Positions 39,581 to 51,466 of a stretch of DNA of 64,000 bases are shown piece after piece (the first letter of the stretch is position 1; each line of letters starts with the position of its first letter). The notes beneath the pieces were generated by a model. It worked only from the letters and a program-made list of their open reading frames with translations. It had not been told where the DNA came from and searched no databases. The translations under genes were made by a program, and so were the position numbers. The stretch covers positions 4,519 through 68,518 of the forward strand of contig CAIKVT010000021.1 of NCBI GenBank assembly GCA_903830945.1, given 5' to 3'. Source of the DNA: an uncultured Elusimicrobia bacterium. GTDB taxonomy: Bacteria > Elusimicrobiota > Elusimicrobia > UBA1565 > UBA9628.

Positions 39581-40531
39581 ATGAAGAGCACGAAACAAGT
39601 CCTCTGTTTTTCGGCGGGTCTTTTGGCCGCGTTATGGGCCCTCCCGGCGGCAGCCGCCACGGCCGGGGGTGAGACCGGCTTCCCCGCTGAGGTTGAGATC
39701 AAGGCCGCGAGCGGGGCGAACAAGCTCAACGTGGTCAAGCCGCCATTGAGCATCGAGGTGGACTCCTTCGAGACCATCCGCCCCTCTTTGGAGCCCGACC
39801 AGTCGTTGCTTTTAGCCGTCTCGCCCCTGACCGTTTCTTGGCGCCGCACCCATCCCGAGTATCTGCATAATCGGCGCGTCATTGAGCCCTGGCTCATGAC
39901 CTTCAGCCAGAGGCCGGGCATAGCGCTGCGGGTGCGCGACCAGCTTTTCGCTTTCCTGGGGCGCAAGCTCGACCCTAAGGAGGCTAAAGGTTACGCCTGG
40001 AATCTGACCATCGCCGACGAGGAAGGCCGGGTATTCCATCACTATGAGAGCTCCAGCGACCCGCCGGAGGAGCTCGTCTGGAGCGGCCAGAACGACCAAG
40101 GCGAGTGGATCAAGGCCGGCCGCTCTTATTCGGCCGTCTACACTTTCACAGACTCGCTCGGATCCCCGCATACCACCGTTGGCAAGCCGATCTTGTTCAA
40201 AGGCATCGTGCATCAGGAAGATACGGGCCTGCATGTGACTCTCGATTCCTCGGTCCTCTTCGGCACCACCAAGGCGGCAACCGAGATCGTTCACCCCGGA
40301 GGCGTGGATCTGCTGCGCTCCGCGGCCGACCTCATCAAGCGGCGCTCTACGGGTATCCCCATATCGGTGCGCGTCTTCGCCAACACTAAAGAGCTCGCTG
40401 ATGCTCAGGGCACCGTGGTCCAGAGTGTGCTCATCCACGAACTCATGACCATGAGCAAGAATGTGGCCGTGGAAGGGGCCCGGGCCGCCTTCTCCGATCA
40501 GAGGGTGGAAATCGTCCTCCTAAATCGGTAG
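39581..40531 (+). CDS. Secreted protein with FlgD-Ig-like domain and degenerate OmpA-like C-terminus
   Basis: Signal peptide; WNLTIADEEGRV...LVWSGQNDQG; VLFG...QRVEIVLL without the GHTD or LS..RA motifs. Confidence 0.6.
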   Translation: MKSTKQVLCFSAGLLAALWALPAAAATAGGETGFPAEVEIKAASGANKLNVVKPPLSIEVDSFETIRPSLEPDQSLLLAVSPLTVSWRRTHPEYLHNRRVIEPWLMTFSQRPGIALRVRDQLFAFLGRKLDPKEAKGYAWNLTIADEEGRVFHHYESSSDPPEELVWSGQNDQGEWIKAGRSYSAVYTFTDSLGSPHTTVGKPILFKGIVHQEDTGLHVTLDSSVLFGTTKAATEIVHPGGVDLLRSAADLIKRRSTGIPISVRVFANTKELADAQGTVVQSVLIHELMTMSKNVAVEGARAAFSDQRVEIVLLNR

Positions 40532-42873
<2,342 letters not shown>

Positions 42874-42905
42874 ATGCCCGAGGAATATTGCTATAATTTG
42901 ACACT

Positions 42906-43247
42906 ATGATTTTATATGGATTTCTGAAGGTCGTGCATGTCTCCTCTTGCGCGCTTATGATCATCGTGGTGCTTCTGCAGACCGGTCGGGGAGCGGGTTT
43001 GTCCGTGTTCGGTGGTGGGGGGGACTCCCTGATCAATACGCCTTCCGGATCGGATTTCATGAAGAAGTTCACCGCGGTGTTGGCTGGGACTTTTGCTTTC
43101 ACTTCTCTGTTTTTGACCTTGCTCTCGAGCCGCGCCGGAATGTCGAGTGTCATGAGCCGGGTCCATCCGCCCGCCCCGCCTCCGTTGGAGGCTCCGGCTG
43201 TACCGGCTCCCGCGGCGCCGGCCGTGCCTGCGGGACAGGGCAAGTGA
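42906..43247 (+). CDS. secG: Preprotein translocase subunit SecG
   Basis: VLLQTGRGAGLSVFGGG and a second TM; followed by tRNA-Leu as is typical. Confidence 0.93.
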   Translation: MILYGFLKVVHVSSCALMIIVVLLQTGRGAGLSVFGGGGDSLINTPSGSDFMKKFTAVLAGTFAFTSLFLTLLSSRAGMSSVMSRVHPPAPPPLEAPAVPAPAAPAVPAGQGK

Positions 43248-43254
43248 CGATTTA

Positions 43255-43336
43255 GCGCGGGTGGCGGAACTGGCAGACGCGTACGTTTGAGGGGCGTATG
43301 GGGAAACCCGTGGGGGTTCAAGTCCCCCCCCGCGCA
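43255..43336 (+). tRNA. tRNA-Leu(GAG)
   Basis: GCGCGGGTGGCGGAACTGGCAGACGCGTACGTTTGAGGGGCGTATGGGGAAACCCGTGGGGGTTCAAGTCCCCCCCCGCGCA. Confidence 0.96.
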
Positions 43337-43427
43337 TTTTAAGGTGAAGTTTCGGGCCGCTAGGCCCGGAGTATTAATTTGTGCCCTCATTTGTGCTATC
43401 TTTTCCTCATGTTAAGGGGGTCTTGAA

Positions 43428-44429
43428 ATGAAACATCATGCTATTATTCTGCTGGCCTGCGCCTTCGCGCTGGGCGGCTGCGTCTCCGCGTCCAAGTTTA
43501 AGGACCAGCAGTCGCAGACCTTGTCTCAGCAGAAGCGCGCCGACGCGCTGCAGAAGGACCTAGACGCCGCCAAGGCCTCTTTAGCCGTGGCCAACGACGG
43601 GCTCAAGAAGGCCGCGGATATCGAGACTGGCTCGCGCATCCAATTGAAGGCTAACGCCGACCAGTTGGCTTCTCTCAATGTCCAGATGTCCTCTCTCAAT
43701 ACTCAGATGGCTTCGGTCCAGCAATCCAATAAGGACCTCAAAGAGTCTCTCGACGCCAAGAAGGGCGAGCTGGCCAAGAAGGCCTTCGACCTCATCAAGG
43801 AAAAAGATGCTCTCTCGCAGAAGCTCGCCGCCGCTTCCAACGACCTGGCCGCCGCGACGGTCCGGGCGACCGCGGCTGAGGCGACCTTAGCCGCGCGGGA
43901 GAAGGAGCTGGCCCAGGCCCGCGACGAGAAGGCGGCCCTGGAGAAGGCCAAGTCCGAGGAGCTGGCTAAGGTCAAGCAGAACTATGACAGCCTGACCGCC
44001 GGCCTCAAGTCTGAGATCTCGGCGGGTGAAGTCACCATCACCCAGCTCAAGGGCAAGTTGACCGTCAATATGGTGGACCGTATCCTCTTCGACTCAGGCC
44101 AAGCGGATGTGCGTGCCGACGGCAAGAAGGTGCTGGAAAAGGTCGGCAAGATCCTCACCACGGTCGCGGATAAGGACATCCGTATCGAGGGGCATACGGA
44201 CAACAAGCCCATCGTCGGCGACCTTAAGAACAAGTATGCCACCAACTGGGAGCTTTCCACGGCTCGCGCCACCGCGGTGTTGCGTTACCTGCAGGACATC
44301 GCCAAGGTCGACGCCAAGCACCTGGTCGCGGCTGGCTACGGCGAGTTCCGCCCTGTCGCTCCTAACGATACGCCGGAGCAGCGGGCTTTGAACCGCCGCA
44401 TCGAGATCGTGCTGGTGCCGCGCGACTAG
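43428..44429 (+). CDS. Lipoprotein with long coiled coil and OmpA/MotB C-terminal domain
   Basis: Lipobox LGGC; ILFDSG, IEGHTD, NWELSTARA, GYGEFRP and NRRIEI. Confidence 0.92.
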   Translation: MKHHAIILLACAFALGGCVSASKFKDQQSQTLSQQKRADALQKDLDAAKASLAVANDGLKKAADIETGSRIQLKANADQLASLNVQMSSLNTQMASVQQSNKDLKESLDAKKGELAKKAFDLIKEKDALSQKLAAASNDLAAATVRATAAEATLAAREKELAQARDEKAALEKAKSEELAKVKQNYDSLTAGLKSEISAGEVTITQLKGKLTVNMVDRILFDSGQADVRADGKKVLEKVGKILTTVADKDIRIEGHTDNKPIVGDLKNKYATNWELSTARATAVLRYLQDIAKVDAKHLVAAGYGEFRPVAPNDTPEQRALNRRIEIVLVPRD

Positions 44430-44442
44430 CCGCGATCGCGAC

Positions 44443-46341
44443 GTGCTTTCAGAGACCAGCCGGGCGGGCCGCATCGCCGTCCGGCTGGTTCCTTTTCTGG
44501 CGGTCCTGGCGACCCTCCTGGCGTTCCTGCCGGCTTTGCGTTGCGGTTTCGTGGACTGGGACGATCCCATGAATTTCCTCAACAACGAACACTACCGGGG
44601 CTTGGGCTTGGATAATCTGCGTTGGATGTTTACGACCTTGGTGCCCGGCAATTATCAGCCGCTCTCCTGGCTTACTTGGGCCGTGGACTATAAGTTATGG
44701 GGGATGAGCCCGCATGGATATCACCTGAGCAATGTCGTCATTCATGCGGCGAATGCGGGGCTGTTGTGCTTGGTTTGTATGGTATTGCTGGCATGGATAC
44801 CCCCCAAGACGGCCACTCCAAAGCAATTCTACGGCTGGCCGCTTGCCGTATCGGCTTTGTTCGGCGCTCTGTTCTGGTCTCTTCATCCTTTAAGAGTGGA
44901 GTCCGTGGCCTGGGTCACGGAGCGCCGCGACGTGCTCTCGACGGCTTTCTATCTGGCCACGGTCCTATGTTACCTGCGCTGGACCCAGCACGAAAGTCGG
45001 CGCTGGTGGTGGGCGGCGCTGACGGCCTACGTTCTCTCATTGCTGTCCAAGGCCATGGGCATGACCTTGCCTGTCGCGCTGCTCATCCTCGATATCTATC
45101 CCCTGCGGCGCTTGCCAGCGAGACCTCGGGCGTGGCTGCTCCCGCAGTGGCGCGGCCGGCTGTTGGAGAAGCTGCCCTTCGCGGCGCTGGGCACGGCCGC
45201 TGCGGGGCTCGGTTACGCGGCCCAGGTCGAGACCAAGGCCACCAACAGCATGGCGGCCTTCGGCCTGCCGGAGAGACTGGCTCATGCCGCCTATGACCTG
45301 GTTTTCTACCTGAGCAAGACGCTGTTCCCAATTAAGCTCGCGCCTTTCTACGAGATGGTTCTGCCCTTCAATCCGTATGCGCCATGTTTCCTATTCAGCG
45401 CCCTGGCGGCTTGCGCCATCGCCGCTTTGGTCTGGCTGGGGCGCAAGAGCCTGCCTGGTCTGGCCGCGGCCATGGGCTTCTACGCTGTCACGGTCTCGCC
45501 GGTCTTGGGCCTGGTTGCGATCGGGAGTTTCCTGGCCGCGGACCGCTATACCTATGTGCCGACTTTGGGATTCTCGGTTCTGGCCGCGGGTGCCTTATGG
45601 GGTTTGCTGACGAGGCCGATGGTACGCATCCGGGCCCCGGTCCTTGCCATCTGCATGGGACTAGTGCTGACCCTAGCCGGGCTTTCCTGGCGGCAGTGCG
45701 GATTCTGGCGCGACAGCGATGCGCTCTGGGGACGCGTTCTGGCGCTGGACCCTTCTTCGCCTTCGGCTCATCACAACTTGGGCGTCGAGCTCGCGGCGCA
45801 GGGGAATTACGCGGCCGCGCTCCGCATGTACCAGTCAGCCCTGATCATGAGGCCGCATTCGCCTTTGGTCCAAGAGGCGTTCGTGCAAGCCGCTTACAAC
45901 GTGGCCAATGCGGCTCTGCACTCAGGACGTCGGCAAGAGGCTCTGCGGCTCTACCGGAAGGTCCTGAACCTCTCTCCGACTTTCGCCGAGGCGCACAATA
46001 ACCTGGGTCTGGCCTTGACTGAGGCCGGCCAGAAGGCCGAGGCTCGTCGTCATTATGAGCAAGCGCTGGGGCTCAAGCCTGGTTTCGCAGCGGCTCATTA
46101 CAACCTGGGCAATGCCTTTGCTGAGGAAGGGCGGCTGGCGCAGGCAGAGGCGGAGTTCCGCCGGGCCGCGGCGTTGGACGAGACTTTGCTGGACGCCCGG
46201 TTCAATTTGGCCAATACTTTGGCCCGTCAAGGCCGCTATGGGAAAGCAACGGACCAATATCGCGCGGTCTTGAGAAAATCCCCTGATTTTCCTCAGGCGC
46301 GGGAAAACCTTGGGAAAGTCAGGCGCTTGGGCGGCTTGTGA
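44443..46341 (+). CDS. TMTC-like membrane glycosyltransferase with C-terminal TPRs
   Basis: FVDWDD, YQPL, HPLRVESVAWVTERRD, LSKAM, ADRYTY, then AHHNLG/AHNNLG/AHYNLG TPRs. Confidence 0.88.
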   Translation: MLSETSRAGRIAVRLVPFLAVLATLLAFLPALRCGFVDWDDPMNFLNNEHYRGLGLDNLRWMFTTLVPGNYQPLSWLTWAVDYKLWGMSPHGYHLSNVVIHAANAGLLCLVCMVLLAWIPPKTATPKQFYGWPLAVSALFGALFWSLHPLRVESVAWVTERRDVLSTAFYLATVLCYLRWTQHESRRWWWAALTAYVLSLLSKAMGMTLPVALLILDIYPLRRLPARPRAWLLPQWRGRLLEKLPFAALGTAAAGLGYAAQVETKATNSMAAFGLPERLAHAAYDLVFYLSKTLFPIKLAPFYEMVLPFNPYAPCFLFSALAACAIAALVWLGRKSLPGLAAAMGFYAVTVSPVLGLVAIGSFLAADRYTYVPTLGFSVLAAGALWGLLTRPMVRIRAPVLAICMGLVLTLAGLSWRQCGFWRDSDALWGRVLALDPSSPSAHHNLGVELAAQGNYAAALRMYQSALIMRPHSPLVQEAFVQAAYNVANAALHSGRRQEALRLYRKVLNLSPTFAEAHNNLGLALTEAGQKAEARRHYEQALGLKPGFAAAHYNLGNAFAEEGRLAQAEAEFRRAAALDETLLDARFNLANTLARQGRYGKATDQYRAVLRKSPDFPQARENLGKVRRLGGL

Positions 46342-46353
46342 CCGGCCGGTTCA

Positions 46354-47703
46354 TTAGTTTACGATGGATGATCCAGAGAAGGCAGGGGCAGGGGTGAACG
46401 GGGCTATGGCTGAGCCTGTGGCTTGGTAAGACGAGCCCGAAAACGAGGTAACGTATTTGAGGTCGACCTTCATGTCCTGGGCAGCCACTCCACCGCGGTT
46501 CATGAACGATAGTGTCGTGGGTCCGTCGGGGTGTGAGTAGAAGCCGGAGTCACCGACGCTGTTGCCTGCGGAGAGAGGGATGCTCGCAGGTCCCGATGAG
46601 CCGAATGGGATTTGGTTTGGGCCGCTGGCGCCGTACGCGATTAATGTTGATGCGGTCCCTATAGGCATGTTGGCGATAGATACGTGGCCGCTCGTGATGG
46701 CCCGCGCGCCGAAATCAACAGAGATATTGAAATTCATGCCGTCGGGCACCGTGGTACCGCTACCGCAGGACCCTCCAGTGCAGGAGCAGTAGGAGTAGTC
46801 GCCGGTCCCGCTGTAAGTCCCCAGCAAGCCGGATTGTGCGTTGGTCACCTGCTCCCATGAGGAAAGACCATCTGCGATGCCGCTTCCTGTCTGAGAGGCC
46901 CAGGTTTGGAGGTTGTTTTGGCTGCCAGAGAAGTCGCCCACGACTTCCGCGCTCCCGGCGTTTCCGCCGCCCGCGGCCGTATCCTGCCCCGACTGTTGGC
47001 CGGGCAGCGCGTCGTCCCACAAGTGGCCGGACCCCGCCCCCTGCGGCGGCGTCGGGTCCAGGGCGTTCAGGATCTGTTGTGCCTGTTGGCTCAGGTCCGT
47101 CACGCCGGCCGGAGGCTGCCCGGGGGCGATCGTGGTTCCAAATCCGGACTGGGTGATGACCACTTCTCCGTCTTCGTTGTACACAGTCACGCTGCCCGGA
47201 TTTTCGTCGGCGTTGTTCTGCCCGCCGGGGCCGAAGAGGACGACGATCGAGCCGTTCTCTGAGACCTGCCCGCCCGCGATGGTGCCCCGGATGCCGATGG
47301 TCCCTACCGGGAGCTTGACCTTCATGCTGGCCGGGTCCTTGCGCGCCACCTTGCCCGTGACGAAGCGGAACACGCCCTTGGTCACTCGCGCCGTGACCTT
47401 GCCAGCGCTGGTGGCCGGGTCGTAGACGAACTCGTCGAGGACCATGTCGCTGTTGGCGCCAACGGTGAAGACGGTCTCGTCGAGCAGCATGACCTGCAGA
47501 CGGCCCGCCGCGTCGGTGGTGACGTGGTCGTTGAGGAAGAGGGGCTTGCCGCTCTCCATGACCCGGCCTACGGCCGCGTTGGGGGCCTGGGCCATGACCA
47601 CGCCCTTGACTGCGGCCGCGGCGCCGATGCGCGTGAGGCCGGCGGCCGGGATCTGTGCCGGAGCGGTCGTCACGAAGGCGAGCAGCAGAGCGAGAAGGGT
47701 CAT
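46354..47703 (-). CDS. Secreted FecR-domain protein with a C-terminal beta-rich (TbpB-barrel-like) domain
   Basis: FecR segment DHVTT...LLDETVFTVGANS...GVFRFVTG...TIGIRGT; C-terminal GTYSG...ISVDFGARAITSG. Confidence 0.8.
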   Translation of the reverse strand: MTLLALLLAFVTTAPAQIPAAGLTRIGAAAAVKGVVMAQAPNAAVGRVMESGKPLFLNDHVTTDAAGRLQVMLLDETVFTVGANSDMVLDEFVYDPATSAGKVTARVTKGVFRFVTGKVARKDPASMKVKLPVGTIGIRGTIAGGQVSENGSIVVLFGPGGQNNADENPGSVTVYNEDGEVVITQSGFGTTIAPGQPPAGVTDLSQQAQQILNALDPTPPQGAGSGHLWDDALPGQQSGQDTAAGGGNAGSAEVVGDFSGSQNNLQTWASQTGSGIADGLSSWEQVTNAQSGLLGTYSGTGDYSYCSCTGGSCGSGTTVPDGMNFNISVDFGARAITSGHVSIANMPIGTASTLIAYGASGPNQIPFGSSGPASIPLSAGNSVGDSGFYSHPDGPTTLSFMNRGGVAAQDMKVDLKYVTSFSGSSYQATGSAIAPFTPAPAFSGSSIVN

Positions 47704-49076
47704 AGGCCGACCTCCCATCTATAAGTGATCATGGCGGCGATCTTGTTGTTGGTGTAGGCGTAGTTCTTTATGGTGGATAGGGCGTGATAGTACTCGTAGG
47801 TCAGGGTAGCGAGCAGATCCTTGAGCTTGGGGTGGAGCACTCCCAGCGGAGCGCCCAGCGTGCCGCTGGCGCGCATGGTCGAATCGTGGCGGTAGCCGCC
47901 GAGGATTGTGGGGTCCTCGGCCTTATATTTATCGTAGTTGGCGTTGATTGAGGAGATCAGGAATGTCCCGCGGCCCATCAGCCAGGCGCAGTTTATGCCC
48001 GCGGTGAGGCGGTCGAAGCCCCAGTATTGCTCGGCGGCGTTCTTGAAGCCGTAGCCGATGACCGTGCCGAATTTCAGGGACGGGTTCAAGATGTGCTCGG
48101 TCCCGGCGGTGAAGTCCGTCTGTACGCCGGTGCGCTCCGCGGCGGCGCCAACCTGGGGGGTGGCCACGAAATCCTGGTACATGTCTCGGCCTTCGAGGAA
48201 GAGGTTCGTCGTCGGGCTGAAGCGGTAGTCGAGCCGCAGGTCACCGCCGCGGTCGCGCAGGAAGGTGCTCTGCGCCAGCTCGACATGGTCGAAGAGCAGG
48301 CTCGGGGTGAGCTTGACGTGGTTGGCCCGATAGACCCCTCCTATCTGCACCGAGTAGGCTTTGAGGTTGATGTTCTTGGCGAGGGTCTGCTCGGCCTGAT
48401 AATAGTTGAAGGAGCCGAACACCTCGGGCACGGACTGGTAGGGCAGGTCGCGCTTGACGCCGACGTTGCCCATGAGGATCAGGCTGGTGTCGTCGCGTCG
48501 GTCAGAGATGGGAATCGGTGTCCCCAGAAAGAGCGCCTGGCCTGAGGCCGGGGCCGCGTTGCGGTTCGTGTCATACTCGAAGCCCGCGCCGAGCAGGCCG
48601 CTGATGTGGGTCTTCTTCAGGCGCTTGGCCACGGCCGCGGCGTACTTGCCGGACTCCTCGCGCAGCAGCGGGGGCAAAGTGAGTTTCTGCAGGACGTCGA
48701 GCTCCCGCTGGGCCTCCACGATGTTGTCCAAGCGGTAGAGGACGATGGCGTAGAAGAGCCGGACCTCGGTCTGGTTCTGGTCTACTAGGAGGATGCGCTC
48801 CAAAGTGGCGGCCGCGCTCTTCACGTCTCCCCGGCGCACCTGGGCGCGGGCATAACGGTAGTTGAGCTCTACGTTGTCCGGATCAGCGAGGATAGCCTCG
48901 TAGGTGACGTCCTCACCCGGCGCGGAGCGCTTGAGCGCCTCGGATGCGAGGCGCTCGGCGCGTTGTTGCTGCGTCTCTTCGTGGGTCGGTTTCTGGACAT
49001 CCTTGTAAATGTCCTGCGCGGAAAGCCCGGCAGTGACGAGGATAAGAGTTGCCAGAATGATCAATGCGCGTATCAT
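47700..49076 (-). CDS. TPR plus outer-membrane beta-barrel protein (Slam/DUF560-like)
   Basis: Signal peptide; TPR AAATLERILL...VRLFYAIVLYRL; GFEYDTNRNAAP; alternating strands ending in MITYRW. Confidence 0.75.
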   Translation of the reverse strand: MIRALIILATLILVTAGLSAQDIYKDVQKPTHEETQQQRAERLASEALKRSAPGEDVTYEAILADPDNVELNYRYARAQVRRGDVKSAAATLERILLVDQNQTEVRLFYAIVLYRLDNIVEAQRELDVLQKLTLPPLLREESGKYAAAVAKRLKKTHISGLLGAGFEYDTNRNAAPASGQALFLGTPIPISDRRDDTSLILMGNVGVKRDLPYQSVPEVFGSFNYYQAEQTLAKNINLKAYSVQIGGVYRANHVKLTPSLLFDHVELAQSTFLRDRGGDLRLDYRFSPTTNLFLEGRDMYQDFVATPQVGAAAERTGVQTDFTAGTEHILNPSLKFGTVIGYGFKNAAEQYWGFDRLTAGINCAWLMGRGTFLISSINANYDKYKAEDPTILGGYRHDSTMRASGTLGAPLGVLHPKLKDLLATLTYEYYHALSTIKNYAYTNNKIAAMITYRWEVGL

Positions 49077-49180
49077 AGTGCCGATATGTTGGCAAAGATT
49101 TCATCGCTCGTCAATGGTCCTGGCCGGTCTGGATATCCCGAAATTGTTGAAAACTCGAGCAAAATTGGCGAGAATGACTT

Positions 49181-51457
49181 ATGGCCCAAAGAGAGGGGAG
49201 CGCTAAGGTCGCGGCCGCAATCCGGTGGTACAAGGCGCGGCGCAGCACCTTTCAAGGCTGGGCGCAGGTCGTGGTCCCGGCGGTGCTTTTTTTGGGGTTG
49301 GTTTCGGTCCGGGTCGCGGAGCCGGGCTGGGTCGAACAGATCCAGCATAAGGCCTTCGATGCCTTCCAGCGGGCCAAGCCCCGCCCTTATGAGCCGGTCC
49401 CGGTCCGCATCATAGACATCGACGACGAGAGTCTCAGGCGCCTTGGGCAGTGGCCCTGGCCGCGGACGCAAGTGGCCCAGTTGGTCCGGCGTCTCAGCGA
49501 CCTGGGCGCCGCGGTCGTGGCCTTCGACGCCGTTTTTGCTGAGCCGGACCGGACCTCTCCGTCCCGGGTCGCGGAGCTCTGGCCCAAGTCCGCGGAGACC
49601 GAAAACTTGCGCCGCCAGTTGACGCGACTGCCGGACCATGACCGGGTCCTGGCCCAGGCCATCAGCCAGGCCGCGGTGGTCCTTGGCTTCGCTCTCGTGG
49701 CAGAGCCCAACGATGTCGTGCCCGCGGTCAAGGCGCCTTTCTCATACGGCGGCGACGGACCGCTGCTCTACCTGGATGATTTTCGGGGCGCGGTCACGGA
49801 CCTTCCCGCTCTGGAGGAAGCGGCCGCGGGCAACGGCTGCTTCAGCTTCCTGCCGGAGCTTGACGGCATGGCGCGTCGGGCGCCGCTCATTTTCAGGCGA
49901 GGCCAGACTCTGCTGCCCGCCCTCTCGGCTGAGGTTTTGCGCGTAGCACAGGGCGCGTCCAATTACGCGGTCAAGTCTTCAGGAGCCAGCGGCGAGGGGG
50001 GCTACGGCCAGCACACCGGCATCAGCAAGATCAAGATCGGCCGCTACGTCATCCCCACGGACAGCAAGGGGCGGGTCTGGGTCTATTTTACGGAGGACGC
50101 GCCGGAGCGTACGGTCTCGGCGTGGAGGGTTTTCAATAAAGGTTTCGACAAGTCCATCATCGAAGGCGGGATGGTCTTCGTGGGCACGAGTGCTGCGGGC
50201 CTCAAGGACATGCGCGCCACGCCTCTTAACCCGGCCCTGCCCGGGGTGGAGATGCACGCCAACGTGGTGGAGCAGGTCTTGCTGGGCCGGTTCTTGCAGA
50301 GGCCGGATTGGGCGACAGGCGCGGAACTCATCTATATGGTCCTGCTCGGCTGCCTGCTCTTGGTCCTGCTGCCTAGGCTCGGCGCGGCTTGGTGCGCGTT
50401 GGTGGGCGGCGCGGGCATGGCGGCGGCCGTGGGATTCTCCTGGCGCATGTTCGCGGACAGGGGCTTGCTCATCGACCCGGTCTTCCCGTGCTTGACCATA
50501 CTCGTGGTCTATATGTCTTCCTCGCTCATCAATTACCTTAAAAGCGAGACCGAGCGCCGACAGGTGCGCAACGCCTTCTCGCGCTATATGCACCCCAAGC
50601 TCGTCGCGGAGCTCGCCAAGCATCCGGAGAAGCTGCGCCTAGGCGGCGAGACGCGGGACATGACCATCCTCTTCTGCGACATCCGGGGATTCACCACCAT
50701 CTCCGAGCAGTTCGACGCCCACGGCCTTACCCAGATGATCAATAAGTTCCTCACCCCCATGACCGGCATCATCATGGACCGGTCGGGTTACATCGACAAG
50801 TACATCGGCGACTGTATCATGGCGTTTTGGAACGCGCCCTTGGACGACCCGGAGCATGCGCGCAACGCCTGCCAGGCGGCCCTGGCCATGCATCAACGGC
50901 TTGCGGAGCTCGAAGGCGTATGGAAGGCGGAGGCAGCGGCCGAGGGCCGCAAGTTCGTGCCTATCCACATCGGCGTGGGCCTTAACACCGGGCTTTGCTG
51001 CGTGGGTAATATGGGCTCTGATCAGCGCTTTAATTACTCGGTGCTGGGCGATGATGTGAACCTGGCCTCGCGCTTGGAAGGACAGTCCAAGCCTTACGGG
51101 GTGAACACGATCATCGGGCCGCGCACTCGCGAGCTGGTCGCGGAGTTCGCGGCGCTGGAGCTCGATCTTATCCGGGTCAAGGGCAAGACCAAGCCCGTGC
51201 GCATATTCACTCTGCTGGGCGACGCCCGGAAAGCCCAGGAGCCCGGCTTCCAGCGGCATGTGCAGGTCCATGACCGGATGCTGGCCGCCTACCGGGCCCA
51301 GAAGTGGGATGAGGCTTTGGCCTTGCTGGCTGAGTGCCGAGGGGGGGGGCTGCCGCTGGAGAAGCTCCACGACTGCTATGAGGAACGCATCCTGGATTTT
51401 CAGCTTCATCCGCCGGCCGCGGGTTGGGACGGCACGTTCACTGCGACGAGCAAATGA
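49181..51457 (+). CDS. CHASE2-domain class III adenylate cyclase
   Basis: IDIDDESL..LGQWPWPR, PGVEMHA and 3 TMs; FCDIRGFT, DKYIGD (Lys implies ATP) and YSVLGDDVNLASRLE. Confidence 0.95.
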   Translation: MAQREGSAKVAAAIRWYKARRSTFQGWAQVVVPAVLFLGLVSVRVAEPGWVEQIQHKAFDAFQRAKPRPYEPVPVRIIDIDDESLRRLGQWPWPRTQVAQLVRRLSDLGAAVVAFDAVFAEPDRTSPSRVAELWPKSAETENLRRQLTRLPDHDRVLAQAISQAAVVLGFALVAEPNDVVPAVKAPFSYGGDGPLLYLDDFRGAVTDLPALEEAAAGNGCFSFLPELDGMARRAPLIFRRGQTLLPALSAEVLRVAQGASNYAVKSSGASGEGGYGQHTGISKIKIGRYVIPTDSKGRVWVYFTEDAPERTVSAWRVFNKGFDKSIIEGGMVFVGTSAAGLKDMRATPLNPALPGVEMHANVVEQVLLGRFLQRPDWATGAELIYMVLLGCLLLVLLPRLGAAWCALVGGAGMAAAVGFSWRMFADRGLLIDPVFPCLTILVVYMSSSLINYLKSETERRQVRNAFSRYMHPKLVAELAKHPEKLRLGGETRDMTILFCDIRGFTTISEQFDAHGLTQMINKFLTPMTGIIMDRSGYIDKYIGDCIMAFWNAPLDDPEHARNACQAALAMHQRLAELEGVWKAEAAAEGRKFVPIHIGVGLNTGLCCVGNMGSDQRFNYSVLGDDVNLASRLEGQSKPYGVNTIIGPRTRELVAEFAALELDLIRVKGKTKPVRIFTLLGDARKAQEPGFQRHVQVHDRMLAAYRAQKWDEALALLAECRGGGLPLEKLHDCYEERILDFQLHPPAAGWDGTFTATSK

Positions 51458-51466
51458 GGGGCCCTC

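Noticed and set aside
43428-44429. Flagellar stator motB
   Set aside because: It has a lipobox and coiled coil instead of the Asp-containing TM, and there is no adjacent motA.
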